Below are positions 26,602-37,602 of a DNA stretch of 64,000 nt, in pieces; within the stretch, counting starts at the first letter, position 1; every line of letters starts with the position of its first letter. The position numbers were made by a program, and so were the translations under genes. This DNA comes from a virus, in IMG/VR virus record IMGVR_UViG_3300047546_001437, positions 1-64,000 of that record; one strand, 5' to 3'. Under the pieces are notes generated by a model. It saw only the letters and a program-made list of their open reading frames with translations. It did no database searches and was not told the DNA's origin.

Positions 26602-26690
26602 CAATAAACATAAACAGTAAGTTGAGAGTTTACAAAAATTAAAAACTCTGCTATACTTACTCAATCACAGTTTTTAAAAAGGAGAAACAC

Positions 26691-28721
26691 GTGTCAGATT
26701 TTTTTAGTTTTCGTTTGCCAGATGAGTTCATTAATGAGTATAAAGACAAGGAGTCGCCTTTTGGTTTTATAGACGCTGGTGGTAACTCATTAGGAGAGAT
26801 TACCTTTATTAGAACCTACTCAAGAATGAAGGAAGACGGAACTAAAGAGCGTTGGCACGAAGTTTGTCGTCGTGTAATCGAAGGTATGTATTCAGTACAA
26901 AAGAATCATGCTAAGGAAAACAGACTACCTTGGAATGACTATAAGGCTCAGAAGTCAGCACAAGAAGCATTCCAAAGAATGTTTGAATTAAAGTGGACAC
27001 CACCAGGTCGTGGTATGTGGGCATTTGGAACCCCTATGACCATGGAGAAAAAGAACTCTGCAGCATTACAAAACTGTGCCATGGTTTCAACAAAGGACCT
27101 TGACAAGAATGATCCAGGAGCATTATTTGCTTGGGTTATGGACGCATTGATGCTTGGCATTGGTGTAGGGTTTGACACAGTAGGACAGGATAAGAATTTT
27201 CATATTTATGCACCTACAGAGCCAATTGTCACCTATGAAATACCAGACACACGTGAGGGCTGGGTTGAATCAGTTCGTCTTCTCTTGAACTCATTCCTTA
27301 GACCAAATCAAAATATACAGGAATTTAATTATGATCTAATACGTCCACTGGGAGCACCCATTAAGGGCTTTGGAGGGGTTGCTAGTGGCCCAGAACCATT
27401 AATTAGGTTACACAACAACATACGCACCGTCATTGGCTCTAGAAATGGCGAGACGCTTGATTCTAGGGCTATTGTTGATATTGTTAATTTAATTGGAACA
27501 TGTGTTGTGGCAGGAAATGTTAGAAGGTCTGCAACACTTGCCCTTGGTTCTTCTGGAGACGAAAATTTTATTAATTTAAAAAATCCAGAAATGTTTCCAG
27601 AACGAAACTCCTTTGACCCAGAAAATCCAGGTTGGGCATGGATGTCAAATAATTCTATATCTGCAACAGTTGGAACAAATTATGAACAATATGTTGACAG
27701 AATAGTAGATAACGGAGAGCCAGGATTTATCTGGCTTGATGTAGCAAGAAACTATGGCAGACTTAAGGATGCGCCAGACGGTAAGGATTATAGAGTTATG
27801 GGCTTTAATCCTTGTGCAGAGCAGCCACTAGAGTCATACGAACTCTGTACACTTGTAGAAGTACATTTAAATCGTCATGAATCCAAGGAAGACTTTTTGC
27901 GTACCCTTAAGTTTGCCTATCTTTATGGCAAAACAGTAACTCTTGTACCAACACATTGGCAACAGACAAATGGAATTATGCAACGAAATCGTCGTATCGG
28001 TACATCACTTACTGGTATCGCATCATTCTCTGATAAAAATGGTTTGCCAACAGTTCGTGAATGGATGGATGAGGGATATAATACAATACGTAAATATGAT
28101 CATCAATATTCAGAATGGCTATGTGTGCGTGAGTCAATTCGTGTAACGACAGTTAAGCCTTCGGGTTCAGTATCAATTCTTTCTGGTGCAACCCCTGGGG
28201 TACATTGGGGTCCAGGAGGAAACTTCTTCCTTCGTGCAATTAGATTTGGTGAAACAGATCCAATGATGCACCTATTTAAGGCTGCAGGTTATAAAATAGA
28301 AAAAGACCTGGTTTCAGCAAATACATCAGTTGTATATTTTCCAGTAAAATCTGGACATGCAAGATCAGAAAAAGATGTAACATTATTTGAAAAGATTGCT
28401 CTTGCAGCAACCGCTCAAAAATATTGGTCAGATAATGGTGTTTCTGTAACATTATCCTTTGATAAGGAAACAGAGTCAAAGCATGTCGCACCAGCACTAC
28501 ACATGTATGAAGGACAACTAAAGGCTGTTTCTTTCCTACCCATGGGCAACACGGTATATCCACAACAACCGTATACACAAATAACAGAGCAAGAATATAA
28601 TGAATATATTGGAAAAATCAAGAAAATTGATTGGTCTGCAATATATGACGGTGTAGATAATCTAGAGGCTCAAGGCGAGGCTTACTGCACAACAGATGCT
28701 TGCGAAATAAAAATCTCGTAG
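26691..28721 (+). CDS. nrdJ: class II (adenosylcobalamin-dependent) ribonucleotide reductase
   Basis: PPGRG, ALQNC, VAGNVRRSA, NPCAE, TTVKPSG, C-terminal CTTDAC. Confidence 0.95.
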   Translation: MSDFFSFRLPDEFINEYKDKESPFGFIDAGGNSLGEITFIRTYSRMKEDGTKERWHEVCRRVIEGMYSVQKNHAKENRLPWNDYKAQKSAQEAFQRMFELKWTPPGRGMWAFGTPMTMEKKNSAALQNCAMVSTKDLDKNDPGALFAWVMDALMLGIGVGFDTVGQDKNFHIYAPTEPIVTYEIPDTREGWVESVRLLLNSFLRPNQNIQEFNYDLIRPLGAPIKGFGGVASGPEPLIRLHNNIRTVIGSRNGETLDSRAIVDIVNLIGTCVVAGNVRRSATLALGSSGDENFINLKNPEMFPERNSFDPENPGWAWMSNNSISATVGTNYEQYVDRIVDNGEPGFIWLDVARNYGRLKDAPDGKDYRVMGFNPCAEQPLESYELCTLVEVHLNRHESKEDFLRTLKFAYLYGKTVTLVPTHWQQTNGIMQRNRRIGTSLTGIASFSDKNGLPTVREWMDEGYNTIRKYDHQYSEWLCVRESIRVTTVKPSGSVSILSGATPGVHWGPGGNFFLRAIRFGETDPMMHLFKAAGYKIEKDLVSANTSVVYFPVKSGHARSEKDVTLFEKIALAATAQKYWSDNGVSVTLSFDKETESKHVAPALHMYEGQLKAVSFLPMGNTVYPQQPYTQITEQEYNEYIGKIKKIDWSAIYDGVDNLEAQGEAYCTTDACEIKIS

Positions 28722-28741
28722 TATGATAAAATAGACTCATA

Positions 28742-31700
28742 ATGTCTAGTCCATCAAATCTATATGCAGAAAAGGTATTTTCGGAACATCCGACAGTTCT
28801 TTGGGCATTGGACGATCAGGCAGACTACATATCTTTAATATCTGAAAATGATCGTAAAGTATACAACTGGACAGTAACTGGCGGAACTGCAACATTAGAG
28901 CCTTCTATTGTAGACGAACCATTTCCACTATCTGCAACAACAAAGTTGGTAGGAAATGTAACAACTGAAGACTATTCTAAGGTTGTATGTGTCAGCAATG
29001 ATGTGTTTAATTTAGAAGATCTCAATACCTATATGGGAACATTTTCTATAGGATCTTATGTGTACTCTGACAGCCCCTATATTTCTGGTATTGAAATTGG
29101 ATATCAGTATTATGATGAAACAACTGCATCTATTGTAGAAAAATTAAAAAATTATGGAACTTCTGTTTATGGAAGATGGATATTTGTATCTGAGACATTT
29201 AATATACCATCTGAGATAGCAGCAGTAAAATTGGTTATAAAAATTAACTATATTGGTGGAGCAGAATCCACAGACGACTATGTATTTTTTGTTAATGGTG
29301 TTACTGCTGGTCAATGGTCAGAAGAATTTAACTCTAGTTCTCTTGGATCAAACAAGATCGCTCTTCCATCAACAATAGCACTAGACCCATCATTTGTCAT
29401 AGAAGCATTGTCATATGGTTTGCAAGAAACTCCTGGTTATTATTTTATAAACGATAACTCATTAGTTGCAAAAAATTCTGGTATACCAATTGTATATGGA
29501 TCAAGCAATACAACTATTCTATATCCTAATAACAACAAGCCATCATTAATAATTCCTGGTTATGGGTTCTTAAACAATTCTGGTAAATTTAAAGAATATA
29601 CAGTAGAAATGTGGCTAAGAGTAAACTCTGATTCATTTACAAGAAAAAGAATTTTTGGGCCAATAGCATCAACAGACGGACTATATGTTGAGGGACCGTT
29701 TATATTATTAAAAATTGGTAATAATTTTGCATCACATTATATTGGAGAATGGACAAGGCCCATGATTGTTCATATTAAATATAGTAACAATACTGCCTCA
29801 TTAATGATTAATGGGGAAGAAGTTATATCGTTAAATATTATTACATCAGATCTTTCTTTTCCAGATATACTTTCAGACCAGGGAAAGACTCAAGATTGGT
29901 TGGGCTTTTACGCTTACGAAGATGTAACCCCAATAGAGGTTGACTGTGTATCTATTTATTCTTATCCAGTTCCATCTTTAGTTGCAAAAAGAAGGTTTGT
30001 ATACGGACAAGGAGTCGAGGTACCAGAAAATATTAATGCATCATATAGTGGAACATCTATGTTTATAGATTATCCTTTTGCCGATTATGCAAATAACTAT
30101 ATGTATCCAGACCTTGGATCTTGGTCTCAGGCATCTATAGACAACCTATCTGTTAATAAAAATTTTTTAACAACTAAAGAATACTCTTTGCCAGAAATAT
30201 TTTTAAGTAATAAAACAACAGAAGAGTTGTATGCTGCATGTAAGAATCTTCCAACAGAAGATAACTTATATCTAAGACTTAAGCCAGCAGGCTGGGATAC
30301 TACAACTGGCTACTTACTGTTTAATGATATTTCATTGCTAACATCTTCAAAGGCATTTTATGGTATCTTTAAAGCATTGAATGTTAGCGGAACCAAAATT
30401 TTATTTAGAATAGACAACTCAGTTACAAAAGAATATTTCAGTATTGAACTTGTTCCAAGCACAACTGCTTCTGGAAATGAAATAAAGTATTTACATAAAT
30501 ATGAAAAGGTTCAGGAAAATGGATCTGTAGTTGATCAGATAGATGTTATATATACTTCAAATCCGATATCTGTCGGCGAGGACTTTGTTGCTGGAATTGA
30601 TGTACCAACTTTTATTTCTGGTTTTGGAGGAAGGTTAACATCATTTTTTGGTAATCTTTCTTCAGCAAAATTATATGTAGGTGGTTGTAAAGAATTAACT
30701 AACACTTTTGATGGAAATATTTATCATGTTGGATTTTGTAGTAGCAAAAACTTTTTACCAATTTCGCACGTCTTTAATTCTACATTAGGAATTCCAGCAG
30801 ATTTTGAAAATATCTTCAACCTATATTCCTCTCAAGTAGACTATGATGCTGGAGAATATTATGGAACCAATCAATATTTTTGGCTATATATATTAGATGG
30901 AGGATCTCCAACATCTTTTGCAAGCAATACATTAGATCTTCATACTGCAAGTTATACACTTTCACCAGTTCTTGATTTTAACAAGTTTTCTTTAGGTATA
31001 GATATCCAGGGAACCTGGGAAGATCAAATACCGCTTTCTTATTTTGCAAAGTATGTAACAGATGCAAGAGGTGATTCATACTACGATTTAGATTTTATAC
31101 AGTTTAATTTAAATTATCCAGCACCATCAATATTTTTAGAACAAGAAACAGAAGGTACATGGAATTACGGAGAACTACACTCTGAGTATTCAAACCCAAT
31201 TCTAAGAACGTATGAGTCGTTAGATAATCATCTATTTACAGGATACCTTAATTACGAAGATTTAGAAAATAGATCTCAAAAAAATTATAAATACGATACG
31301 TCAAATTCTTTGGTTAAGTCATACATAACATTTCAGTATATAGCAACAGGTGCTAATGCACCAGATTCATTTTTTATAAACAAAGAACTAGCACCAAAAA
31401 ATGGAATCATTGATCCACAAGATGACTGGGTTCAAACAAAATATGAGATTGTAGACAATATGCTTATATATCCACCAAAGGGTGCAAAGTTTGAGGACTT
31501 GTCTATTGTTGTAGAACTAAACTTTAAGGTTAAGAATATTTTAAAGAATAAGGTTCAAGTTAAAAAATTACAACTTGCTTCTCAGGCATTTAATGATGTA
31601 TCCCCAAATGAAATTGGAACAAGATTTGCTGTACCAATTTATCCTTATAGGAAAACTGGGTTTTACTATGATTTTAAAAATCAAAATCCTTTTACTATAT

Positions 31701-32470
31701 ACAAGGGAAGTTCTCCATATCTTTATTTAACAAGATATTCTGGCATTCAGGTTCGTGGTCAATATGACCCAGTTATAAATAGAGGAATATTTGTTCCCAT
31801 AAATCCTGGATCTGCATCAAATTATAAAGTGATGGCTATGCAAGCAGCAATTAGATTTGATGAAGACTTTTTCCCATATGCACCAACACAAATCTTTGAA
31901 ATAGAAGGCAAGGATAATCTAATTAAATTTTTTATGGTTGCATCACATCCAGACGGAAAGAGAGCAAGAATATATGCAATTAATGCAAAGACTGGACAAG
32001 TGGAAGAGGGCATAGGATTTTATCTAAATGGAAAAATAGTCAAGGATCCAACAATAACTGTTAAAGAATGGTCTATGCTTGGTATTTCATTTTCTAGTTT
32101 ATTAGATTTTAATAACTATGTTGGTTCTATTAAAATCAATGGGCCTCTTCTTGTTAATCTTGTTTCGCATTATAAATCAACTAACCTTCAGGAAGTTCAA
32201 AATGTTATAGAAAGGCCATGGTTTAGGGTTAAAAGAGACGGCGGGTTACAGTTTGACTGGCAGTACTGGGAGTCTGCATATATTTGGCAGGGTGTATTGG
32301 TCCTATCAACAACATCTTATTATGGTGTAAAACCATCAGATATTTATAAAAGTTATACAGGAACCAATAAAATTATAGTTGACGATACAAGAGAGTTTAG
32401 GCTAAACTCGTATCAATATAAGGTCTATGCAGATATTTCATGGCAGTCAAAGATCCAAAATGCCGTATAG
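28742..32470 (+). CDS. large virion structural protein with LamG/ConA-like segment
   Basis: 1242 aa; EHP..LWALD N-terminus; YTVEMWLR. Confidence 0.7.
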   Translation: MSSPSNLYAEKVFSEHPTVLWALDDQADYISLISENDRKVYNWTVTGGTATLEPSIVDEPFPLSATTKLVGNVTTEDYSKVVCVSNDVFNLEDLNTYMGTFSIGSYVYSDSPYISGIEIGYQYYDETTASIVEKLKNYGTSVYGRWIFVSETFNIPSEIAAVKLVIKINYIGGAESTDDYVFFVNGVTAGQWSEEFNSSSLGSNKIALPSTIALDPSFVIEALSYGLQETPGYYFINDNSLVAKNSGIPIVYGSSNTTILYPNNNKPSLIIPGYGFLNNSGKFKEYTVEMWLRVNSDSFTRKRIFGPIASTDGLYVEGPFILLKIGNNFASHYIGEWTRPMIVHIKYSNNTASLMINGEEVISLNIITSDLSFPDILSDQGKTQDWLGFYAYEDVTPIEVDCVSIYSYPVPSLVAKRRFVYGQGVEVPENINASYSGTSMFIDYPFADYANNYMYPDLGSWSQASIDNLSVNKNFLTTKEYSLPEIFLSNKTTEELYAACKNLPTEDNLYLRLKPAGWDTTTGYLLFNDISLLTSSKAFYGIFKALNVSGTKILFRIDNSVTKEYFSIELVPSTTASGNEIKYLHKYEKVQENGSVVDQIDVIYTSNPISVGEDFVAGIDVPTFISGFGGRLTSFFGNLSSAKLYVGGCKELTNTFDGNIYHVGFCSSKNFLPISHVFNSTLGIPADFENIFNLYSSQVDYDAGEYYGTNQYFWLYILDGGSPTSFASNTLDLHTASYTLSPVLDFNKFSLGIDIQGTWEDQIPLSYFAKYVTDARGDSYYDLDFIQFNLNYPAPSIFLEQETEGTWNYGELHSEYSNPILRTYESLDNHLFTGYLNYEDLENRSQKNYKYDTSNSLVKSYITFQYIATGANAPDSFFINKELAPKNGIIDPQDDWVQTKYEIVDNMLIYPPKGAKFEDLSIVVELNFKVKNILKNKVQVKKLQLASQAFNDVSPNEIGTRFAVPIYPYRKTGFYYDFKNQNPFTIYKGSSPYLYLTRYSGIQVRGQYDPVINRGIFVPINPGSASNYKVMAMQAAIRFDEDFFPYAPTQIFEIEGKDNLIKFFMVASHPDGKRARIYAINAKTGQVEEGIGFYLNGKIVKDPTITVKEWSMLGISFSSLLDFNNYVGSIKINGPLLVNLVSHYKSTNLQEVQNVIERPWFRVKRDGGLQFDWQYWESAYIWQGVLVLSTTSYYGVKPSDIYKSYTGTNKIIVDDTREFRLNSYQYKVYADISWQSKIQNAV

Positions 32471-32488
32471 TATGGTATACTTGTGGTT

Positions 32489-32857
32489 ATGAAAGACCCT
32501 AAAAAGCCAAATATAGGTAAAACTAAAATAAAAGTCATAGACAAGAACTATGACTGGGGTGTTTATGTTTGGAAAAAGTCAAATGGTAAGTGGTTTACAG
32601 ATGGACAGGGAAATGTCTTAAATATACCAGCCATGAAGGGTGATATCGCCAAAATTGCAGAATTAAAACAGGCTGCAGCACATTATGGTGAGCCAGATGG
32701 AGAAGCAATATTTTTTGCTGGATTAAACAGAATCTCGGATGAAGAATATGCGGAACAGCAAGAGAGAATGCGTCAGGGTCTAATCCCAAATCTAAACGAT
32801 CTTGGTGCAGTGCATGCAGCACAACAAACAATTAAGCGTTATGGAGCACAAGACTAA
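32489..32857 (+). CDS. conserved hypothetical protein upstream of portal
   Basis: ORF track; extended -10 7 nt before ATG 32489. Confidence 0.75.
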   Translation: MKDPKKPNIGKTKIKVIDKNYDWGVYVWKKSNGKWFTDGQGNVLNIPAMKGDIAKIAELKQAAAHYGEPDGEAIFFAGLNRISDEEYAEQQERMRQGLIPNLNDLGAVHAAQQTIKRYGAQD

Positions 32858-34425
32858 TGTCAGAAGAAAATGAATATATTATAGGCGCAAGAATTGATAA
32901 TGCGATTCAGCAAGATGACTCTTTTGTAAAGGCAGATCCATTTAATAAAAGTTGGGAAGACTTAAAGTCTTTATCTGGTTTGGACAATAACTTTAAACGT
33001 AGAGCAGCAAGAATATCAAAAGCAAATGAGCCTGGTCAGGCATACATGGATAGTGCACGAACAAATCAGGCTGGTATTAACGGAGCACAATCTAAAGAAA
33101 TTAATCCTGGCACTGTATATAGAAATGGTTATGGTTTGTTTGATGTTATTACACCACCATGGAATTTATATGAATTAGCAAACTATTACGATACATCTTT
33201 TGCAAACCATGCAGCAATCGATGCAAAAGTAGAAAACATCGTGGGCTTAGGCTACGACTTTGAAATTTCTCCAAGAACCATGTTGAAGTTAGAATCTTCA
33301 AGTGATAGAGATGCTGTTGGTCGTGCACGTAATCGAATTGAAAGAGCAAAAATAGAACTGCGTGACTGGCTTGAATCCTTAAATGATGATGACTCATTTA
33401 CAACAACAATGGAAAAAGTTTATACAGATGTTCAGGCTACAGGAAATGGTTATTTAGAAATAGGAAGAACCGTAACTGGAGAAATTGGATACGTTGGACA
33501 CATTCCAGCAACCACAATTCGTGTTCGTAGATTGCGTGATGGCTATCTACAAATTATTGGAAACAAGGTTGTATATTTCCGTAATTTTGGTGCAACTAAC
33601 CCAAATCCAGTAACCGATGATGCTAGACCAAATGAAATAATTCATTTTAAACAATATTCACCATTAAACACATTTTATGGTGTTCCAGACATAATGTCTG
33701 CAATTACATCTTTGCAGGGAGATCAGTTAGCAGCACAATACAACATAGATTATTTTGGAAACAAGGCAGTGCCTAGATATGTTGTTTGGCTTAAGGGTGC
33801 AAAACTATCTGCTGATGCAGAAGATAAGATGTTTAGATTTTTACAAACTGGACTTAAGGGGCAAAACCACAGAACTCTATATATTCCTCTTCCAGGAGAT
33901 ACAGATACAAATAAGGTAGAGTTTAAGATGGAGCCGATTGAAAATGGGGTACAAGAGGGCTCATTTGAAAGATATCGTAAGCAAAATCGTGATGATATTT
34001 TGATCGCACATCAGGTTCCGTTGTCTAAAATTGGTGGCGGAGATTCTGGGGCTATTGCAGCAGCCCTAGCCCAAGATCGTACATTTAAAGAACAGGTCGC
34101 AAGACCAGCACAGCGTCAACTTGAAAAGATGATTAACAAAGTAATAAGAGAAAAAACAGATATTTTGGAGTTAAAGTTTAATGAACTCACTCTAACAGAC
34201 GAAATTGCACAGTCTCAAATCTTGGAGCGATATGTAAAAACCCAGGTCATGGTTCCAAATGAGGCACGACAAATTCTTGGTTTGCCAATGATTGCTGGAG
34301 GAGACGAGCCAGCAGAATTAAATCAGGGTAGACAAAGAGATGCAGAAAGAGTTAATAATCAGTCCGATGGATCAGCCACCGTTAATGGGAGAAATCCCAA
34401 GGGTGAAGGCAGGGCATCAGAATAA
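32857..34425 (+). CDS. portal protein
   Basis: GNGYLEI, NEIIHFK, FYGVP, ILIAHQVP..KIG, PNEAR..LGL. Confidence 0.92.
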   Translation: MSEENEYIIGARIDNAIQQDDSFVKADPFNKSWEDLKSLSGLDNNFKRRAARISKANEPGQAYMDSARTNQAGINGAQSKEINPGTVYRNGYGLFDVITPPWNLYELANYYDTSFANHAAIDAKVENIVGLGYDFEISPRTMLKLESSSDRDAVGRARNRIERAKIELRDWLESLNDDDSFTTTMEKVYTDVQATGNGYLEIGRTVTGEIGYVGHIPATTIRVRRLRDGYLQIIGNKVVYFRNFGATNPNPVTDDARPNEIIHFKQYSPLNTFYGVPDIMSAITSLQGDQLAAQYNIDYFGNKAVPRYVVWLKGAKLSADAEDKMFRFLQTGLKGQNHRTLYIPLPGDTDTNKVEFKMEPIENGVQEGSFERYRKQNRDDILIAHQVPLSKIGGGDSGAIAAALAQDRTFKEQVARPAQRQLEKMINKVIREKTDILELKFNELTLTDEIAQSQILERYVKTQVMVPNEARQILGLPMIAGGDEPAELNQGRQRDAERVNNQSDGSATVNGRNPKGEGRASE

Positions 34426-34471
34426 GTGATTTTTAACACATAGTAAAAAAGGTTATATAATATATTCTAGT

Positions 34472-35815
34472 ATGACTATATCTAAAGCCCATTGGAATAC
34501 AGAGGGCGACAACGTTCGCCTTTCACTACCATTTGCCAAGGTAGATAAGGAGCGTCGCATCGTCTCTGGTTTTGCATCCCTTGACAATGTTGATAAGCAG
34601 GGTGATATAGTTACAGCAGAAGCATCAATGAAGGCATTTTCAGAATTCCGTGGAAATATTCGTGAGATGCATCAGCCATCTGCAGTTGGAAAGATGGTTT
34701 CATTTAAGCAAGATAGATATTTTGATCCAAACTCAAAAAAGTTTTATAACGGAGTGTTTGTTTCTGCATATGTTTCAAAGGGTGCACAAGATGCATGGGA
34801 AAAAGTTTTAGATGGCACATACACAGGATTTTCAATTGGTGGTCGCATGAACAAGTGGGATGATGGATATGACGAAAAGTCAGATACCACAATTAGAATT
34901 ATTAAAGATTATGATCTCGTAGAGTTGTCACTCGTTGACTCTCCAGCAAATCAATTTGCAAATATCATGCACGTTGAAAAGGTTGATGGTGTTGCTGTTG
35001 TTAAGGGTCAGGATGTTGCACTTGAAAATGTTTTTTATGATGAAGAGTCTGGAATTGTTATGGTTTCAGAAGAGGAATCTGTTATTAGTCCAACAAGCGG
35101 AAACCCAATGAAAAATATAGGATTCGTTGAAAAAACGGATAATGAAAAGATAGATATGGTCAAATTCTTAGTTGATAGTGCTAAAGGCATTAATACTTCT
35201 AAGATTAACAAGGAGGTAAATCCTATGACAGAAGAAACAACAGTTGTTGAAGAAACAACAGAAGTTACAAAGTCAGAAGAAATCGCTCCAGAGGCAGATG
35301 CCGTAGTAGAGGCTCCTGTTGCAGAAGTTGCTGAAAAGTCAGATGAGACTCCAGTAGCAGAAGAAGTTGCTAAGGCTGAAGAAGCCACAGCAACAGAGGA
35401 AGTTGCAAAGTCTGAAGAGACAGTTGTAGCAGAATCAACAGAAGAAACTTCAGAAGTATCTAAATCAGATGATGTAGTTGCAGAGTCAATTGCAGAAATC
35501 AAGAACACTATTACATCAGCCTTTAGCGATTTAGTAGAAACTGTAAAATCTTTGCAGGCAGAAGTAGAAATGCTTAAGTCAAACAAAGTTGATACAGCAG
35601 CAGTAAAGAGTTCACTTGAAGCAGTCGCCAAAGACATTGCTGCAACAAATGAGCGTTTTAATGAGTTTGGAAAGAGAGTCGACGCTGTAGAAGCAGATAC
35701 CGCTTTCCGAAAGTCTGGCGATCTAGGCGAGATCGTACAGGAACTTCAGATGGAAAAATCTGAAAAATCCCTATGGGGCGGACGTTTCCTCAAAACAGCC
35801 GACTTATTTAAATAG
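34472..35815 (+). CDS. prohead protease with C-terminal acidic scaffold
   Basis: VDKQGD, REMH, TGFSIGG, ELSLVDSPAN; Glu-rich coiled tail. Confidence 0.9.
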   Translation: MTISKAHWNTEGDNVRLSLPFAKVDKERRIVSGFASLDNVDKQGDIVTAEASMKAFSEFRGNIREMHQPSAVGKMVSFKQDRYFDPNSKKFYNGVFVSAYVSKGAQDAWEKVLDGTYTGFSIGGRMNKWDDGYDEKSDTTIRIIKDYDLVELSLVDSPANQFANIMHVEKVDGVAVVKGQDVALENVFYDEESGIVMVSEEESVISPTSGNPMKNIGFVEKTDNEKIDMVKFLVDSAKGINTSKINKEVNPMTEETTVVEETTEVTKSEEIAPEADAVVEAPVAEVAEKSDETPVAEEVAKAEEATATEEVAKSEETVVAESTEETSEVSKSDDVVAESIAEIKNTITSAFSDLVETVKSLQAEVEMLKSNKVDTAAVKSSLEAVAKDIAATNERFNEFGKRVDAVEADTAFRKSGDLGEIVQELQMEKSEKSLWGGRFLKTADLFK

Positions 35816-35840
35816 GTTAAATCACTTAGGAGGTGACAAT

Positions 35841-36971
35841 ATGTCGGAAGAGATTAAGAAAAACCAGCCAGGAGAAACTGGCGAACTAGGCGGAACAGCA
35901 CCTGGTCTATATCAAGGCCAAGGCGCATTCGCTTCAGGTGGTATTGGTGGTGTAACAGATCCAGGTGCAAGTACACTTGGCAACATCCCTAATGCTAACT
36001 TTGGTGTAACATCTGGTCCTAATGCCGTAAACCCTTCGGGTGATGCTGCAAGCGGAATTCTACGTCCTGAACAAGCACAACGTTTTATTGACTATGTGTG
36101 GGATGCAACCGTTCTCGCCCAGGATGGTCGTCGTGTGACCATGAGAGCAAACACCATGGAACTAGAGAAGATTAACGTAGGTGAGCGTGTAATTCGTGCT
36201 GCTGCACAAGCAGTTGGTAACTACACTAACACAGGCGCAACCTTCTCCAAGGTCGAATTAACAACAAAGAAACTTCGCCTTGATTGGGAAGTTTCTGCAG
36301 AAGCACTTGAAGACAATGTCGAGGGGGCTGCATTAGAAGATCATCTTGTTCGCTTGATGACCAATGCATTCGCTAATGACATCGAAGACCTCGCTATCAA
36401 TGGCGACGGTGCAACAGGTGACTTCCTCTCAATTATGCCTGGCTTCATCAAGAAGCACAAGGATAATGGAGATTCCCATGAATCTGTAGTAACAGTTGCA
36501 GATAATGCATGGACACCAGAAGTTATGCAAAACATCATCCTTGCGATGCCACGTAAGTATCGTGCACTTAAGAACAATCTTAAGTTCTATGCAGGTACAG
36601 ACGCATTCGCAGGTATTGTTAAGAATAACGGAACACTCGCTGATGCAGTAGCAGAAGCGTTTGCTGGCCGTGTTGCTGGCACATCCGCTAACCGTCAAGC
36701 ATACCTTGATGGTGGCGCACAGACATTCGGTGGAGCACGTACAACTCGTGTTCTCGGAATCGATGTACAAGAAGTTCCTTACTACCCTGCAGGATATGTC
36801 GATTTGACATTCCCACAGAACCGTGTTTGGGGCTTCCAGCGTGATATCGTCGTCAACCGTGAATATGTTGCGAAGAAGGATACAATTGAATATACTGTAT
36901 TCGTTCGCTTCGGTATTCAATGGGAAGAAGAAGACGCAATTGCGTGGGCAGATGCTGCAGCAGATGCATAA
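35841..36971 (+). CDS. major capsid protein
   Basis: GILRPEQ, EALEDN, DIEDLAINGD; strong SD; follows the protease. Confidence 0.92.
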   Translation: MSEEIKKNQPGETGELGGTAPGLYQGQGAFASGGIGGVTDPGASTLGNIPNANFGVTSGPNAVNPSGDAASGILRPEQAQRFIDYVWDATVLAQDGRRVTMRANTMELEKINVGERVIRAAAQAVGNYTNTGATFSKVELTTKKLRLDWEVSAEALEDNVEGAALEDHLVRLMTNAFANDIEDLAINGDGATGDFLSIMPGFIKKHKDNGDSHESVVTVADNAWTPEVMQNIILAMPRKYRALKNNLKFYAGTDAFAGIVKNNGTLADAVAEAFAGRVAGTSANRQAYLDGGAQTFGGARTTRVLGIDVQEVPYYPAGYVDLTFPQNRVWGFQRDIVVNREYVAKKDTIEYTVFVRFGIQWEEEDAIAWADAAADA

Positions 36972-36989
36972 TCTGTGATCAGTACCTTT

Positions 36990-37032
36990 TGAGAGGGGGC
37001 AGGGGTTATATCTCCTCCCCCTCTTAATCTTT
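36990..37032 (+). terminator. intrinsic terminator after capsid gene
   Basis: AGAGGGG..AGGGG / CTCCT.CCCCTCT stem. Confidence 0.6.
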
Positions 37033-37069
37033 AGTATTCTGTTATAATAGACACACAGGAGGTATAAAA

Positions 37070-37600
37070 ATGTCAGAAGAAAACAACAATGGTTCAGTAG
37101 AATATACAGCACCAGAAGTACAGTTTGCACCATATATGGCTCCAGAAAATTCTGTAGATTCAATTTGGGGTAGCCCAGCAGCACCTGCTACTTATGAGGC
37201 TCCAGGAGCACCAGAAGAAACTCCAGCCCCAGCATATGAAGCACCAGTTGCTCCAGTAGAAGTTCCTGCAGCGTATGAGGCACCAGTAGCACCATCAGAC
37301 AATGTAATTACAGCACCAGCATTTGCTAGGTCAGAAGTTCCAGCAATGGGAGTTGTTGAAAATGGTGTAATTGGAGCAACCGTATTAAAGCCAGAACCTA
37401 AAAAGACTGGTAAAAAGCCTGCTTCAAAGAAGGCAGAAACTGTTGCAATTTATTCAACCAAAAATGTAACATGGAACGGTGTTGGAAAAGTTTATCGTGG
37501 CTACAATATTGTAGAAAAAGATGCTGCAGATAAATGGCTTACCCGTGATCATTGCCGTATTGCTACACCAGAAGAAGTAAAAAAGGAATTTGGTAAGTAG
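37070..37600 (+). CDS. Pro/Ala-rich hypothetical protein with YxAP repeats
   Basis: ORF track; AGGAGG SD. Confidence 0.8.
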   Translation: MSEENNNGSVEYTAPEVQFAPYMAPENSVDSIWGSPAAPATYEAPGAPEETPAPAYEAPVAPVEVPAAYEAPVAPSDNVITAPAFARSEVPAMGVVENGVIGATVLKPEPKKTGKKPASKKAETVAIYSTKNVTWNGVGKVYRGYNIVEKDAADKWLTRDHCRIATPEEVKKEFGK

Positions 37601-37602
37601 TA

